Part shown: positions 31,988 to 40,680 of the stretch, piece by piece | Numbering within the stretch: the stretch's first letter is position 1 | How the letters are laid out: every line of letters begins with the position of its first letter | NCBI GenBank assembly: GCA_017509605.1 | Contig: JAFWPH010000068.1 | Span: 1 to 64,000, forward strand | Source: Bacteroidaceae bacterium | GTDB taxonomy: Bacteria > Bacteroidota > Bacteroidia > Bacteroidales > Bacteroidaceae | Direction of reading: 5' to 3' | Length of the DNA stretch: 64,000 nucleotides | Translations under genes and position numbers: made by a program | Notes under the pieces: model-generated | Database searches by the model: none | What the model was told of the DNA's origin: nothing | What the model saw: only the letters and a program-made list of their open reading frames with translations

Positions 31988-33556
31988 TCAACGAAGGCGG
32001 AAGACAAGCGGCAGGTTGAATTTCACCCTGACTACTTCGCCCTTTTGCATTCCAGGCTTCCATTTGCCGGATGTGCCTTCGACAACCCTAATGGCTTCTT
32101 TCTCAATGGCCTTCACACTGGTGTTGAACTCGTCTTGGGTGAGATACCTCTCCCCATCCGGCTTGGGCGTGTAAGCCTCGACCTCTACACCTAAGTTTCC
32201 GCCTTCCACATCGCGCACGCGACCATCATCTTTGATGGTTTTTACGATACGAAATTCATCGGCCGTTCCATCCTTCTCCACCACAAAACCGACAATTATT
32301 CGGCCCTCTACACCGCAGTCTTGGGCGATTTGGGGATAACGTATATTCTGCGCAATATAGTTCATCATTTCAGGCATTCCGCCTTGATACTCGGGCATCT
32401 TCTCCACAACGTCAAATTTGGTGGTGTCGTCGGGCAAAGCTTCGATTTCAGACACGGATGCAGTTTCCATCATCTGTTCTACAACCTGCAATTCCTCTTC
32501 AGCAACGGTTGAAGTCTCAACAGGAACCTCTACAGGAAGCGTTCCTTCAGGATTTTCTTGCACCAAAGTTTGGTTTTCTGCAAGAGATGAACTAACTTTG
32601 CCTGTGTTAAGGACTTCTGGTTTGTTTTTACTGACCAGTCCTGACTCAGGCGATACAAACTCAGATGTAGCGAATGCGCTGAGCGCGACTAACGCTACGG
32701 GGATGACGTACAAAGCCTTTGCACGTCCCCACGGATTGGATTTCTTTTTCAACATCATAGTGATACGATTTTTAAGTAAACTGTGATTAAAGCTGTTGGC
32801 AAGAGCGTAGGAACTGGAGCCAACGGCTTTTTTTACTAATAGCAACTGATACTGGCTGGCGTTGACACCGCTACGGAGCACAGCGTCATCGGCCTCATAC
32901 TCATGCACGTCACGGAATGAACTTTCCATCAGCCATACCAACGGATTCATCCACATCATCACCTCCAGAAGGTTGACCAGCAGGATGTCGAACGAATGCA
33001 GACCACGGACATGCCCCAGTTCATGGGTAAGAATCTCGTGGTAATGGTTCTGATAGTCGTTCTCGCTGATGACAATGGCGTTGAACCAACTGAAAGGCGT
33101 GATATCTCCCACATGGCAGAAGATAACCGCTCCGTCAACATGGTCGGTCCACATCACACCGTGGTGTATGGTAAAGTAGAGCTTGAACAACCTGAACAAC
33201 TTAAAACCCAGCACAACCAAAGCACCCACTGACCAAAACGCTACAATCAACCAGTATAGAGCAATGCCGGTGTGGTCCTGGGCATACATGTACTGATGCC
33301 CAGACAAGCCTGTACTTTCAGTCACCATTGTCGGCTCTCCCACAATGACCGTTCCGTTAAGTGCCTTCATCACTGGTGATGAATCTGCCCAAGCCAGGAA
33401 ATGCACATCCATCAACGGGACGACCAGCGACACCGCGATGATGAGCAGGAGCATCAGGCGGTTGAATCTGAAAAACGTCTCCTTCCTCAACACCAACAGA
33501 TAAGGGATGTAGAGGAGACTCAGCAAAAGTGTGGATTTGATGAGATAGGCTATCAT
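31988..33556 (-). CDS. BlaR1/MecR1-like M56 metallopeptidase signal transducer fused to a TonB C-terminal domain
   Basis: N-terminal four TM helices, an HEXXH motif (THELGHVRGLH), and a C-terminal TonB-like domain; 522 aa. Confidence 0.8.
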   Translation of the reverse strand: MIAYLIKSTLLLSLLYIPYLLVLRKETFFRFNRLMLLLIIAVSLVVPLMDVHFLAWADSSPVMKALNGTVIVGEPTMVTESTGLSGHQYMYAQDHTGIALYWLIVAFWSVGALVVLGFKLFRLFKLYFTIHHGVMWTDHVDGAVIFCHVGDITPFSWFNAIVISENDYQNHYHEILTHELGHVRGLHSFDILLVNLLEVMMWMNPLVWLMESSFRDVHEYEADDAVLRSGVNASQYQLLLVKKAVGSSSYALANSFNHSLLKNRITMMLKKKSNPWGRAKALYVIPVALVALSAFATSEFVSPESGLVSKNKPEVLNTGKVSSSLAENQTLVQENPEGTLPVEVPVETSTVAEEELQVVEQMMETASVSEIEALPDDTTKFDVVEKMPEYQGGMPEMMNYIAQNIRYPQIAQDCGVEGRIIVGFVVEKDGTADEFRIVKTIKDDGRVRDVEGGNLGVEVEAYTPKPDGERYLTQDEFNTSVKAIEKEAIRVVEGTSGKWKPGMQKGEVVRVKFNLPLVFRLR

Positions 33557-33951
33557 AACTGAGGCTGTTGTTTAATCATTTGGAGTAACTCTTCTACTTC
33601 AGCTGGCGAGATTTCCTCTTGCTGCATGAAAAATGAAACCAGTGACTTGGCAGAACCGTTGAACATCGAGTTCTTCATCTCTTCGACGGCCCTGCGCCGG
33701 TAATCGTCCTGGCTGATGAGCGGACGGTAGTAGAAGGTCTTGCCTTCCCCTTCACGTTTCACGGACTCCACGAATCCTTTTTGTGTAAGTATCCGCAGGA
33801 ACGTGGAGACCGTAGTGTAGGCTGGCTTGGGATTGCCGTAATGCTCCAGGATGTCGCGCACGGAACCCATGCCCTCATCCATCGACCATAGGATGGACAT
33901 GATTTCCATCTCAGATTTGGTCAAAGTGATATGTTCTTTATGACGACGCAT
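33553..33951 (-). CDS. BlaI/MecI/CopY-family transcriptional repressor
   Basis: 132 aa with a winged helix matching the penicillinase-repressor fold (TKSEMEIMSILW...TVSTFLRILTQKGFV). It overlaps the blaR-like start by 4 nt. Confidence 0.85.
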   Translation of the reverse strand: MRRHKEHITLTKSEMEIMSILWSMDEGMGSVRDILEHYGNPKPAYTTVSTFLRILTQKGFVESVKREGEGKTFYYRPLISQDDYRRRAVEEMKNSMFNGSAKSLVSFFMQQEEISPAEVEELLQMIKQQPQL

Positions 33952-33956
33952 AATTA

Positions 33957-34018
33957 CTAACTTTTTAGTTTTCTCACCGCAAATATAAAACTAAACTTTT
34001 AGATATCTAAGTTTTTAG
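33957..34018. promoter_or_regulatory. Candidate BlaI-type operator palindromes: AACTTTTTAGTT (33959-33970) and AAACTTTTAGATATCTAAGTTTTTAG (33993-34018, with a perfect TAGATATCTA core)
   Basis: Palindromes read directly from the sequence, lying 6-70 nt upstream of the blaI ATG. Confidence 0.35.
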
Positions 34019-34207
34019 TAAAGAAAAAGCGTTTGGAAGTGAAACTTTAACATTTATTTTTAGTAATTGCCATGATATTTCCTAAAGATTTGGTTTTATG
34101 CGAAAAAAGTAGTAATTTTGCAACGTGAAACGAGGAATCGGTGGTTGTTCACGTTTTTGGAAACAAATACAGAAATCATCGCCGCGTACCTCGACCAAGA
34201 CACAGAT

Positions 34208-34993
34208 ATGAGATTACGGGATATTACAGGTGCCCTTGAAGCTTTTGCACCTCTGTCCCTGCAAGACGGCTTCGATAATGCGGGATTGCAGATTGGATTA
34301 ACAGAGGATGTAGATACTACAGGGGTATTATTGTGTTTGGATGTGACCGAGGACGTGGTTGACGAGGCCATACGGAAGGGATGCAACGTGGTGGTGAGCC
34401 ACCATCCGCTGCTGTTCCATCCCTGCAAGTCAATCACGGGTGCAGACTACATCCAGCGCACCATTATGAAAGCCATACGGGGTGGTGTGGCCATCTATTC
34501 GGCCCATACCAACCTTGACAACGCCAATGGCGGAGTGAACAACAAGATGGCGGAGAAACTTGAACTGGCCAACTACTCTGTACTGCAACCCAAGGCAGGC
34601 GACGCCGAAACGGGTGCAGGCCTTATCGGAACGCTACCGTCTCCCATAGACAAGGAGGATTTTATCCGACAGGTGAAGGCGACATTCCATGTGGACTGTC
34701 TCCGCTGCAACCGATGGACAGGACAGCGGGTGAGCCGAGTAGCATTGTGCGGCGGAGCCGGTGCCTTCCTTATTCCCGACGCCATCAAGGCCGGGGCCGA
34801 TGTTTTCATCACTGGCGAGATTGGCTACCATCGTTTTTTCGGTTACGAGAACGACATCATGCTGATGGAAATCGGCCATTATGAGAGCGAGCAATACACC
34901 CGTGAGATTACCCGCCAGATACTCAGCGCACAGTTTCCGCAACTCCTCATCATCGACACGGAGACTGACACCAACCCGATATGCTATTACTGA
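34208..34993 (+). CDS. Nif3-like dinuclear metal centre protein (YqfO/YbgI family)
   Basis: Start MRLRDITGALEAFAP, an HHPLLF motif, and a C-terminal H-x-x-E metal site. The internal ATG is preferred over 34118. Confidence 0.8.
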   Translation: MRLRDITGALEAFAPLSLQDGFDNAGLQIGLTEDVDTTGVLLCLDVTEDVVDEAIRKGCNVVVSHHPLLFHPCKSITGADYIQRTIMKAIRGGVAIYSAHTNLDNANGGVNNKMAEKLELANYSVLQPKAGDAETGAGLIGTLPSPIDKEDFIRQVKATFHVDCLRCNRWTGQRVSRVALCGGAGAFLIPDAIKAGADVFITGEIGYHRFFGYENDIMLMEIGHYESEQYTREITRQILSAQFPQLLIIDTETDTNPICYY

Positions 34994-35104
34994 TTCCATC
35001 TCAAAAAGCAGCGACACGACCTACCTTGCCGCAGCAACCTTCCATCAGTAATCATCAATCATTCCAGACTCAATAAAAACAGACCAATAACATACAACAG
35101 ACTT

Positions 35105-35983
35105 ATGGCAAAAAAGAAAGAAAACCCCGCCGACATGTCGGTGGAAAGCAAACTGAAAACCTTGTTCCAGTTGCAGACACTGCTCACAGAGATTGACGAC
35201 ATCAAGACCCTTCGCGGTGAACTTCCTTTAGAGGTTCAAGACCTTGAGGACGAGATTGAGGGCCTTCGTACCCGTATTGAGAAAGCCACGGCTGACGCCA
35301 ATGGCATTCGTCGCGAGATCAACGGTTTCAGAAACACATACGAGATCGACAAAAGCAAGGTGGAGAACTACAAGAAGCAACTCGAAACCGTGCGCAGCAA
35401 CCGCGACTACGATGTGCTGAACCGTGAGATAGAATACGTGGAAAGCGACATGGAGCTCTGCAACAAGCGCATCAAGGAGTACCAGGAACTGTTGTCAGAG
35501 AAAGAGAAAGCCATCGAACAGAACCAGAAGAACATGGAAGAGCGCAGCAAGGACCTCGACATCAAGAAGAACGAGCTCGATGACATCATCGCCGAGACCA
35601 AGGCTGACGAGGAGAAACTCCGCGAGAAGGCCAAGGATCTCGAACTCAACATCGACGAGCGCCTCCTTTCATCGTTCAAGCGCATCAGGAAGAACACCCA
35701 CAACGGTCTGGGTATCGTCTATGTGCACCGCGACTCCTGCTGCGGTTGCTTTGCCAAGATTCCACCCCAGCGCCAGCTTGATGTTCGTATGCGCAAGAAG
35801 ATCATCGTTTGTGAGTATTGCGGACGCATTCTCATCGACCCCGAGTTGGCAGGTGTGAAGCCCAACGCCCCCACAGAGGAGAAGAAAACCACCAAGCGCC
35901 GTCGCACAAGCACACGCAAGGCCGCTGAGCCAAAGACGACAGCCGAGGCCAAGACAGAAGAAGCACCAAAGGAAGAGGAATAA
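35105..35983 (+). CDS. Zinc-ribbon/coiled-coil protein (DUF164-like) conserved downstream of nif3, with a Lys/Thr-rich C-tail
   Basis: Long coiled coil followed by CCGCF...CEYCGR (a C4 zinc ribbon). The nif3-zinc-ribbon gene pair is widely conserved. Confidence 0.65.
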   Translation: MAKKKENPADMSVESKLKTLFQLQTLLTEIDDIKTLRGELPLEVQDLEDEIEGLRTRIEKATADANGIRREINGFRNTYEIDKSKVENYKKQLETVRSNRDYDVLNREIEYVESDMELCNKRIKEYQELLSEKEKAIEQNQKNMEERSKDLDIKKNELDDIIAETKADEEKLREKAKDLELNIDERLLSSFKRIRKNTHNGLGIVYVHRDSCCGCFAKIPPQRQLDVRMRKKIIVCEYCGRILIDPELAGVKPNAPTEEKKTTKRRRTSTRKAAEPKTTAEAKTEEAPKEEE

Positions 35984-35992
35984 GCCAACGGG

Positions 35993-37906
35993 ATGGTTCC
36001 GCATTTAGAGGTCATACATCTCACCAAGCGCATCGGCGAGAGGGTACTCTTTGGCGACATCTCTTTCACCCTCAACGAACGCGAACACATCGGCCTGATT
36101 GCCAAGAACGGCACAGGCAAATCAACCCTGCTCTCCATCATCGCCGGCCAGGAAGGATATGACAGTGGTGACATCATCTTCAAGAAAGACCTCCGCATAG
36201 GTTATCTCGAACAGTCGCCCTCCTACCCTCCTGAGTTGACGGTGATAGAGGCTTGTTTTTGGCACGGCAATGAGGTGACCAACGTGATCCGCAACTACGA
36301 GCAGTGCATGCAGACCGAAGGCAACCCTGGCTTGGAGCGTCTGCTGACAGAAATGGATCATCTGAAAGCATGGGAATACGAGCAGAGGATCAAGCAAGTG
36401 TTGTCGCGGCTAAAAATCAACCACTTCGACCAACGGATCAGTGAGCTATCAGGAGGGCAGATCAAACGTGTGGCTCTCGCCAATATCCTCATCACCGAGC
36501 CCGACATGCTGGTGCTGGACGAGCCTACCAACCACCTCGACATCGAGATGATAGAATGGTTGGAGAAACAACTTTCCGCCAGCACCAAAAGCATCTTTAT
36601 GGTGACGCATGACCGATACTTTCTCGACAACATCTGCTCCACCATCATCGAGATGGACAATTCCACCATCTACACTTACCGAGGCAACTACGCCTATTAC
36701 TTGGAGAAACGGCAGGAACGTATCGACAACCTCAACCAAGAGATAGCCCGCGCCAACAACCTCTACCGCACCGAACTGGAGTGGATGCGGCGCATGCCTC
36801 AGGCCAGGGGACACAAAGCGAAATACAGGGAGGATGCCTTCTACGAGCTGGAGAAGGTGGCCAAACAGCGTGTGGAAGAGAGAACCATGCGTCTGCAGAT
36901 GCAATCGACCTATATCGGCAGCAAGATCTTCAAGGCAGCCAACATCTACAAGGCATACGGTGAGACCGTGATACTGAAAGACTTCAACTACACGTTCTCA
37001 CGCTACGAGAAGATGGGGCTTATCGGTAACAACGGAACAGGGAAATCGACCTTCATCAAGCTGTTGCAGGGACTGGAACAGCCCGACAAGGGACATTTCG
37101 ATATCGGCGAGACCATCCGCTTCGGCTACTACTCTCAGGAGGGCATGGTGTTCAACCCTGGCGACAAGGTCATCGACATTGTGAGGAAAATCGCTGAGTA
37201 TATTGACTTAGGTGGAGGCAAGCACTTGACCGCAAGCCAGTTTCTCCAGCATTTTCTCTTCTCTCCTGAGGAGCAGTACAATCTTGTCGCCAAGCTCTCA
37301 GGCGGTGAGCGCCGGCGTCTCTACCTATGCACTGTGCTGATGCGCAGTCCCAACTTCCTGATTCTCGACGAGCCCACGAACGACCTCGACATCATGACAC
37401 TGCAGATCCTGGAGCAATACTTGCAGGACTTCAAGGGTTGTGTGATTGTGGTGAGCCATGACCGCTATTTCATGGACAAGATTGTGGATCACCTTTTAGT
37501 CTTCAAGGGACAGGGTGAGATTCAGGACTTCCCGGGCAACTACTCCCAATACCGAGAATGGAAAAACGAGCGTGACCGCAGGGAGGCGGAGAAAGCAAAG
37601 ACAGAGAAATCAAAGGCAGAAAAAGGAGCCAAACAAAGTTTAAGCGAGAATGACAAACCCAGCGGGCAGCGTTGGCAGTCAGACCGAAAACGCAAACTCA
37701 CTTTCAAGGAGCGCAGGGAGATGGAAGCATTAGAGGCCGACATCGCATCGTTGGAAGCAGAGAAAAAGACCATCGAAGAACGACTCTCGTCAGGACAAAT
37801 CAGCGTGGACGAGATCACCTCACTCTCCCGTCGCCTGCCGATCCTCAATGAGGAATTGGACGAAAAGTCGATGCGCTGGCTGGAACTCAGCGAGATTGAG
37901 GGATAA
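35993..37906 (+). CDS. ABC-F family ATPase (Uup/EttA-like) with C-terminal coiled-coil extension
   Basis: Two tandem ABC cassettes (Walker A GKNGTGKST and GNNGTGKST, signatures LSGGQ and LSGGE), and a charged helical C-terminal extension. Confidence 0.85.
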   Translation: MVPHLEVIHLTKRIGERVLFGDISFTLNEREHIGLIAKNGTGKSTLLSIIAGQEGYDSGDIIFKKDLRIGYLEQSPSYPPELTVIEACFWHGNEVTNVIRNYEQCMQTEGNPGLERLLTEMDHLKAWEYEQRIKQVLSRLKINHFDQRISELSGGQIKRVALANILITEPDMLVLDEPTNHLDIEMIEWLEKQLSASTKSIFMVTHDRYFLDNICSTIIEMDNSTIYTYRGNYAYYLEKRQERIDNLNQEIARANNLYRTELEWMRRMPQARGHKAKYREDAFYELEKVAKQRVEERTMRLQMQSTYIGSKIFKAANIYKAYGETVILKDFNYTFSRYEKMGLIGNNGTGKSTFIKLLQGLEQPDKGHFDIGETIRFGYYSQEGMVFNPGDKVIDIVRKIAEYIDLGGGKHLTASQFLQHFLFSPEEQYNLVAKLSGGERRRLYLCTVLMRSPNFLILDEPTNDLDIMTLQILEQYLQDFKGCVIVVSHDRYFMDKIVDHLLVFKGQGEIQDFPGNYSQYREWKNERDRREAEKAKTEKSKAEKGAKQSLSENDKPSGQRWQSDRKRKLTFKERREMEALEADIASLEAEKKTIEERLSSGQISVDEITSLSRRLPILNEELDEKSMRWLELSEIEG

Positions 37907-37949
37907 GCCTTACCAACAGTTTTGACACCCCTTATAGAAGAATAAGAAA

Positions 37950-38567
37950 ATGAAAATCGTATCAGCCGACTTTGTGAAAAGCAGCCCTCGGGCAGACATG
38001 TGTCCAGAGAGCAGTGAGCCAGAATTTGCTTTCATCGGCCGTTCCAACGTGGGAAAATCGAGTCTCATCAACATGCTCACCGAGCGGAAGAACCTGGCCA
38101 TGACCTCCTCGAAGCCCGGCAAAACCATGCTCATCAACCACTTCATCATCAACGGCAAGTGGTATCTGGTCGATCTCCCTGGTTACGGATTCGCATCCCG
38201 CGGCAAGCGCGACCGCAACAAGTTCATTCAACTCATCAACCACTACGTGCTCGACCGCATGCAGATGACACTGCTTTTTGTGCTGCTCGACATCCGCCTC
38301 GAGCCCCAGCCCATCGACCTTGACTTCATCAACATGCTCGGCGAGAACGGTGTGCCTTTCGCCTTGGTCTTCACCAAGGCCGACAAACTGTCGAAGGAGA
38401 AGCAGGGGAAGATGGTCAAGAAGTACCTCGACACGTTATGCGCCCAATGGGAGGAACTACCGCCCCATTTTGTGACCAGTTCCACCAGTAAGCAAGGACG
38501 CGACGACATCCTCAACTACATACAGGATGTCATCGCATCATTGCAATCCGATACGACTAATCAATAA
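37950..38567 (+). CDS. engB: Ribosome biogenesis GTPase YsxC/EngB
   Basis: Starts [14 protein letters not shown] (G1) and has DLPGYG (G3) and TKADK (G4); 205 aa. Confidence 0.9.
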   Translation: MKIVSADFVKSSPRADMCPESSEPEFAFIGRSNVGKSSLINMLTERKNLAMTSSKPGKTMLINHFIINGKWYLVDLPGYGFASRGKRDRNKFIQLINHYVLDRMQMTLLFVLLDIRLEPQPIDLDFINMLGENGVPFALVFTKADKLSKEKQGKMVKKYLDTLCAQWEELPPHFVTSSTSKQGRDDILNYIQDVIASLQSDTTNQ

Positions 38568-39787
38568 AGCACTTTCCGACTTTTCCCATCCGAATAACGC
38601 ACGATGTTGACCGCATTGTGCTGTGGGGAAGCCAGTCTTGCACCATCGACGGAATAAAAGGCCTCGACCTTGGCTTCGCTACCATCAATCTTAGTAGCAG
38701 GAATTCCCGCCACCACGTCGTCAAGGTAAGTGAAGTTGTGGGCAATGATGGCTTTCACCAATTCCCGTCCACGTGTTTTGTATTCCCCGGACTGGTCAAC
38801 ACCAGCATAGTCCATCAGCACCACACCTGTAGGTCCGAAATACTCAGTCGAGGATAAGAAGTCAAGCATGGCAGCATGCGTATGTGTGGCATTGTCGCGA
38901 TATCCGTCACTGGTCGAGATCTCATAACCGAAAAGCGAGATGACCTTGGAGTAGGCGGAAGCGAAGTTGAAGTACCATACCAACGAGGCCTTTGTCTTGT
39001 TCTTGTGCGTGGCTCCATAGTTAAGCAACCGTTTCATGGCTGCAATCTTGATGTCGAGGTCACCTTCCTTGTAAGTTTCAGAATAATCCTGCACATAGAC
39101 CTTTGAACTGTTAGTGCCAGTTCCAATAATGGTAGGTCGTGTCATATACGTCCAGTCAGCCGAACCGGTCCAGTTGTCGAAGAAACCGCCTACAGGTGTT
39201 CCCGCATACTTGTCGCGACTGAGAATCAGCATCTTTCCCCTCACGTCCGCAACCTGCAAATCCTTCTTGAAATTGACCAGATAGTCTTTTAACTCATCAC
39301 TGTGGAGCAGTTGCAGTATCTGCGTATTATAATCATCGGTCATGTCACCGTCTGAGGCGTGCAACATGTGTATGATGACAAACTCCGAGGGATTGGCTAT
39401 CAAGAGGTCACGAATCTGCATGAGTGCCTCATCGAAGCGTTTGGAAGTGGCAATCATTCCATGGTTACAGTTGAGGTATCCCTCAAAAGCAGCCGGGCGC
39501 AGGTCGAAAGCGCGAACCCCCACGTTCCATTGCTGCGCGATGCTGAGGTCCTGGCATCGCGCATACTCCTCGCCCAAGGAGCCATCCTCTCCAAATCCCT
39601 CTCCTGTGGCAGTGTCATGCGTGCCAGGTATGGAAACAGCGGCAACATAAGTGTTGTCGGGCAGTCGCCTCATCCAGTTATCACCATCATCAGTGGGGCT
39701 ACCTTGCGCAAAAAGGGGGGATTCAGGCATCATCAACATCATTAAAAGTATCGTAAACAACGACACAAATCTTAACGTAATCTTCAT
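38561..39787 (-). CDS. Secreted phosphatidylinositol-specific phospholipase C (PI-PLC X-domain) homolog with a C-terminal extension resembling a T9SS sorting domain
   Basis: Signal peptide, then [12 protein letters not shown] (compare Bacillus PI-PLC ISIPGTHDSGT), [29 protein letters not shown] and VYVQDY motifs in Bacillus order. The C-terminus carries ...[12 protein letters not shown]...[15 protein letters not shown]. Confidence 0.65.
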   Translation of the reverse strand: MKITLRFVSLFTILLMMLMMPESPLFAQGSPTDDGDNWMRRLPDNTYVAAVSIPGTHDTATGEGFGEDGSLGEEYARCQDLSIAQQWNVGVRAFDLRPAAFEGYLNCNHGMIATSKRFDEALMQIRDLLIANPSEFVIIHMLHASDGDMTDDYNTQILQLLHSDELKDYLVNFKKDLQVADVRGKMLILSRDKYAGTPVGGFFDNWTGSADWTYMTRPTIIGTGTNSSKVYVQDYSETYKEGDLDIKIAAMKRLLNYGATHKNKTKASLVWYFNFASAYSKVISLFGYEISTSDGYRDNATHTHAAMLDFLSSTEYFGPTGVVLMDYAGVDQSGEYKTRGRELVKAIIAHNFTYLDDVVAGIPATKIDGSEAKVEAFYSVDGARLASPQHNAVNIVRYSDGKSRKVLY

Positions 39788-39821
39788 AAGGCCATATGAT
39801 GTGTTAAAGGTGAATAATGAT

Positions 39822-39829
39822 GCAAATAT
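39822..39829 (-). promoter_or_regulatory. Candidate -7 box (TATATTTG on the minus strand) about 35 nt upstream of the PI-PLC gene
   Basis: CAAATATA on the plus strand. Confidence 0.3.
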
Positions 39830-39946
39830 AATCAATCCGCAAGATATAATCACCAGACAGAATCGTTTTTTATTCGGAAAACAGCTATTGGATTGTTTTA
39901 TCCAACTTTTCTTGATTTAATATTTCCATGTTCAGATTTAATTATA

Positions 39947-39954
39947 TAACTTTG
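39947..39954 (+). promoter_or_regulatory. Candidate -7 box TAACTTTG about 32 nt upstream of tRNA-Thr
   Basis: Matches TAnnTTTG. Confidence 0.35.
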
Positions 39955-39985
39955 CACCGAATTTGAGATAAGCCTCAATTCAAAC

Positions 39986-40058
39986 GCCGAATTGGCTCAG
40001 CTGGTAGAGCAATTCATTCGTAATGAATAGGTCGGGGGTTCGAGTCCCCCATTCGGCT
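39986..40058 (+). tRNA. tRNA-Thr (anticodon CGT)
   Basis: Cloverleaf read by hand: acceptor GCCGAAT/ATTCGGC; D-arm GCTC-AGCTGGTA-GAGC; anticodon stem ATTCA/TGAAT with loop TTCGTAA (U33, CGU, A37); T-arm GGGGG-TTCGAGT-CCCCC. Confidence 0.85.
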
Positions 40059-40062
40059 CATG

Positions 40063-40097
40063 AAAAATCCGCTCAACGGTTGCGTTGAGCGGATTTT
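40063..40097. terminator. Bidirectional rho-independent terminator (tRNA on the plus strand, LMW-PTP gene on the minus strand)
   Basis: AAAAATCCGCTCAACG-gttg-CGTTGAGCGGATTTTT: a perfect stem flanked by an A-run and a T-run. Confidence 0.7.
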
Positions 40098-40589
40098 TCA
40101 TTTGGTCATCACATTGTTGATAATTCCCTGACAAGCGTCCTCAAGGAGGTCGAGCGCCAACTTGAAGTCGCTGTCGCCCCCGTAATAGGGATCAGGGACA
40201 TCGGGGCGTCCCTGGTAACGTATGAAATACTCATTGATACGATGCACCTTCATCATGTCGGCGGGATGGGTGGAAAAGCGTTTGATATCGTAATAGTTTT
40301 CGTCGTCCATGACGATGATAAGGTCAAAACGCGAGAAATCGGCCGAAGTCACTTGACGGGCACGGGAAGAGAAATCGTAACCTCGCAACGCACCATGCCG
40401 TCGCATGCGGCTGTCAGGCAGGTCACCCACATGCCAACTGCCGATGCCAGCAGAGTCGATGTGGAAGTCATCTTGCAGTCCTTTGTCCTCCACCATCGCT
40501 TTCAAGATGCCCTCAGCGGCCGGCGAGCGGCATATATTGCCAAGGCAAACAAACAATATCCTTGTCTTCATCTTACGTTTCTCCTTCAA
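40098..40589 (-). CDS. Low-molecular-weight protein-tyrosine phosphatase (Wzb-like)
   Basis: P-loop CLGNICRSPAAEG (C-X5-R) near the N-terminus and a DP motif near the C-terminus; 163 aa. Confidence 0.85.
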   Translation of the reverse strand: MKEKRKMKTRILFVCLGNICRSPAAEGILKAMVEDKGLQDDFHIDSAGIGSWHVGDLPDSRMRRHGALRGYDFSSRARQVTSADFSRFDLIIVMDDENYYDIKRFSTHPADMMKVHRINEYFIRYQGRPDVPDPYYGGDSDFKLALDLLEDACQGIINNVMTK

Positions 40590-40630
40590 TAGTTTTTGAG
40601 ATGTTATAGCGTCGGAATAAACCTATCGTC

Positions 40631-40675
40631 CACTTTAACTTCCCTTTCAACTCCCTTTTTAACTCCCAATTAATA
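40631..40675. repeat. Copy B of the 45-bp triple-repeat element, in inverted orientation relative to copy A
   Basis: The reverse complement reads TTGGGAGTTAAAAAGGGAGTTGAAAGGGAAGTTAAAGTGGACG, which aligns with 6640-6684 including the terminal GGACG. Confidence 0.6.
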
Positions 40676-40680
40676 TAATA

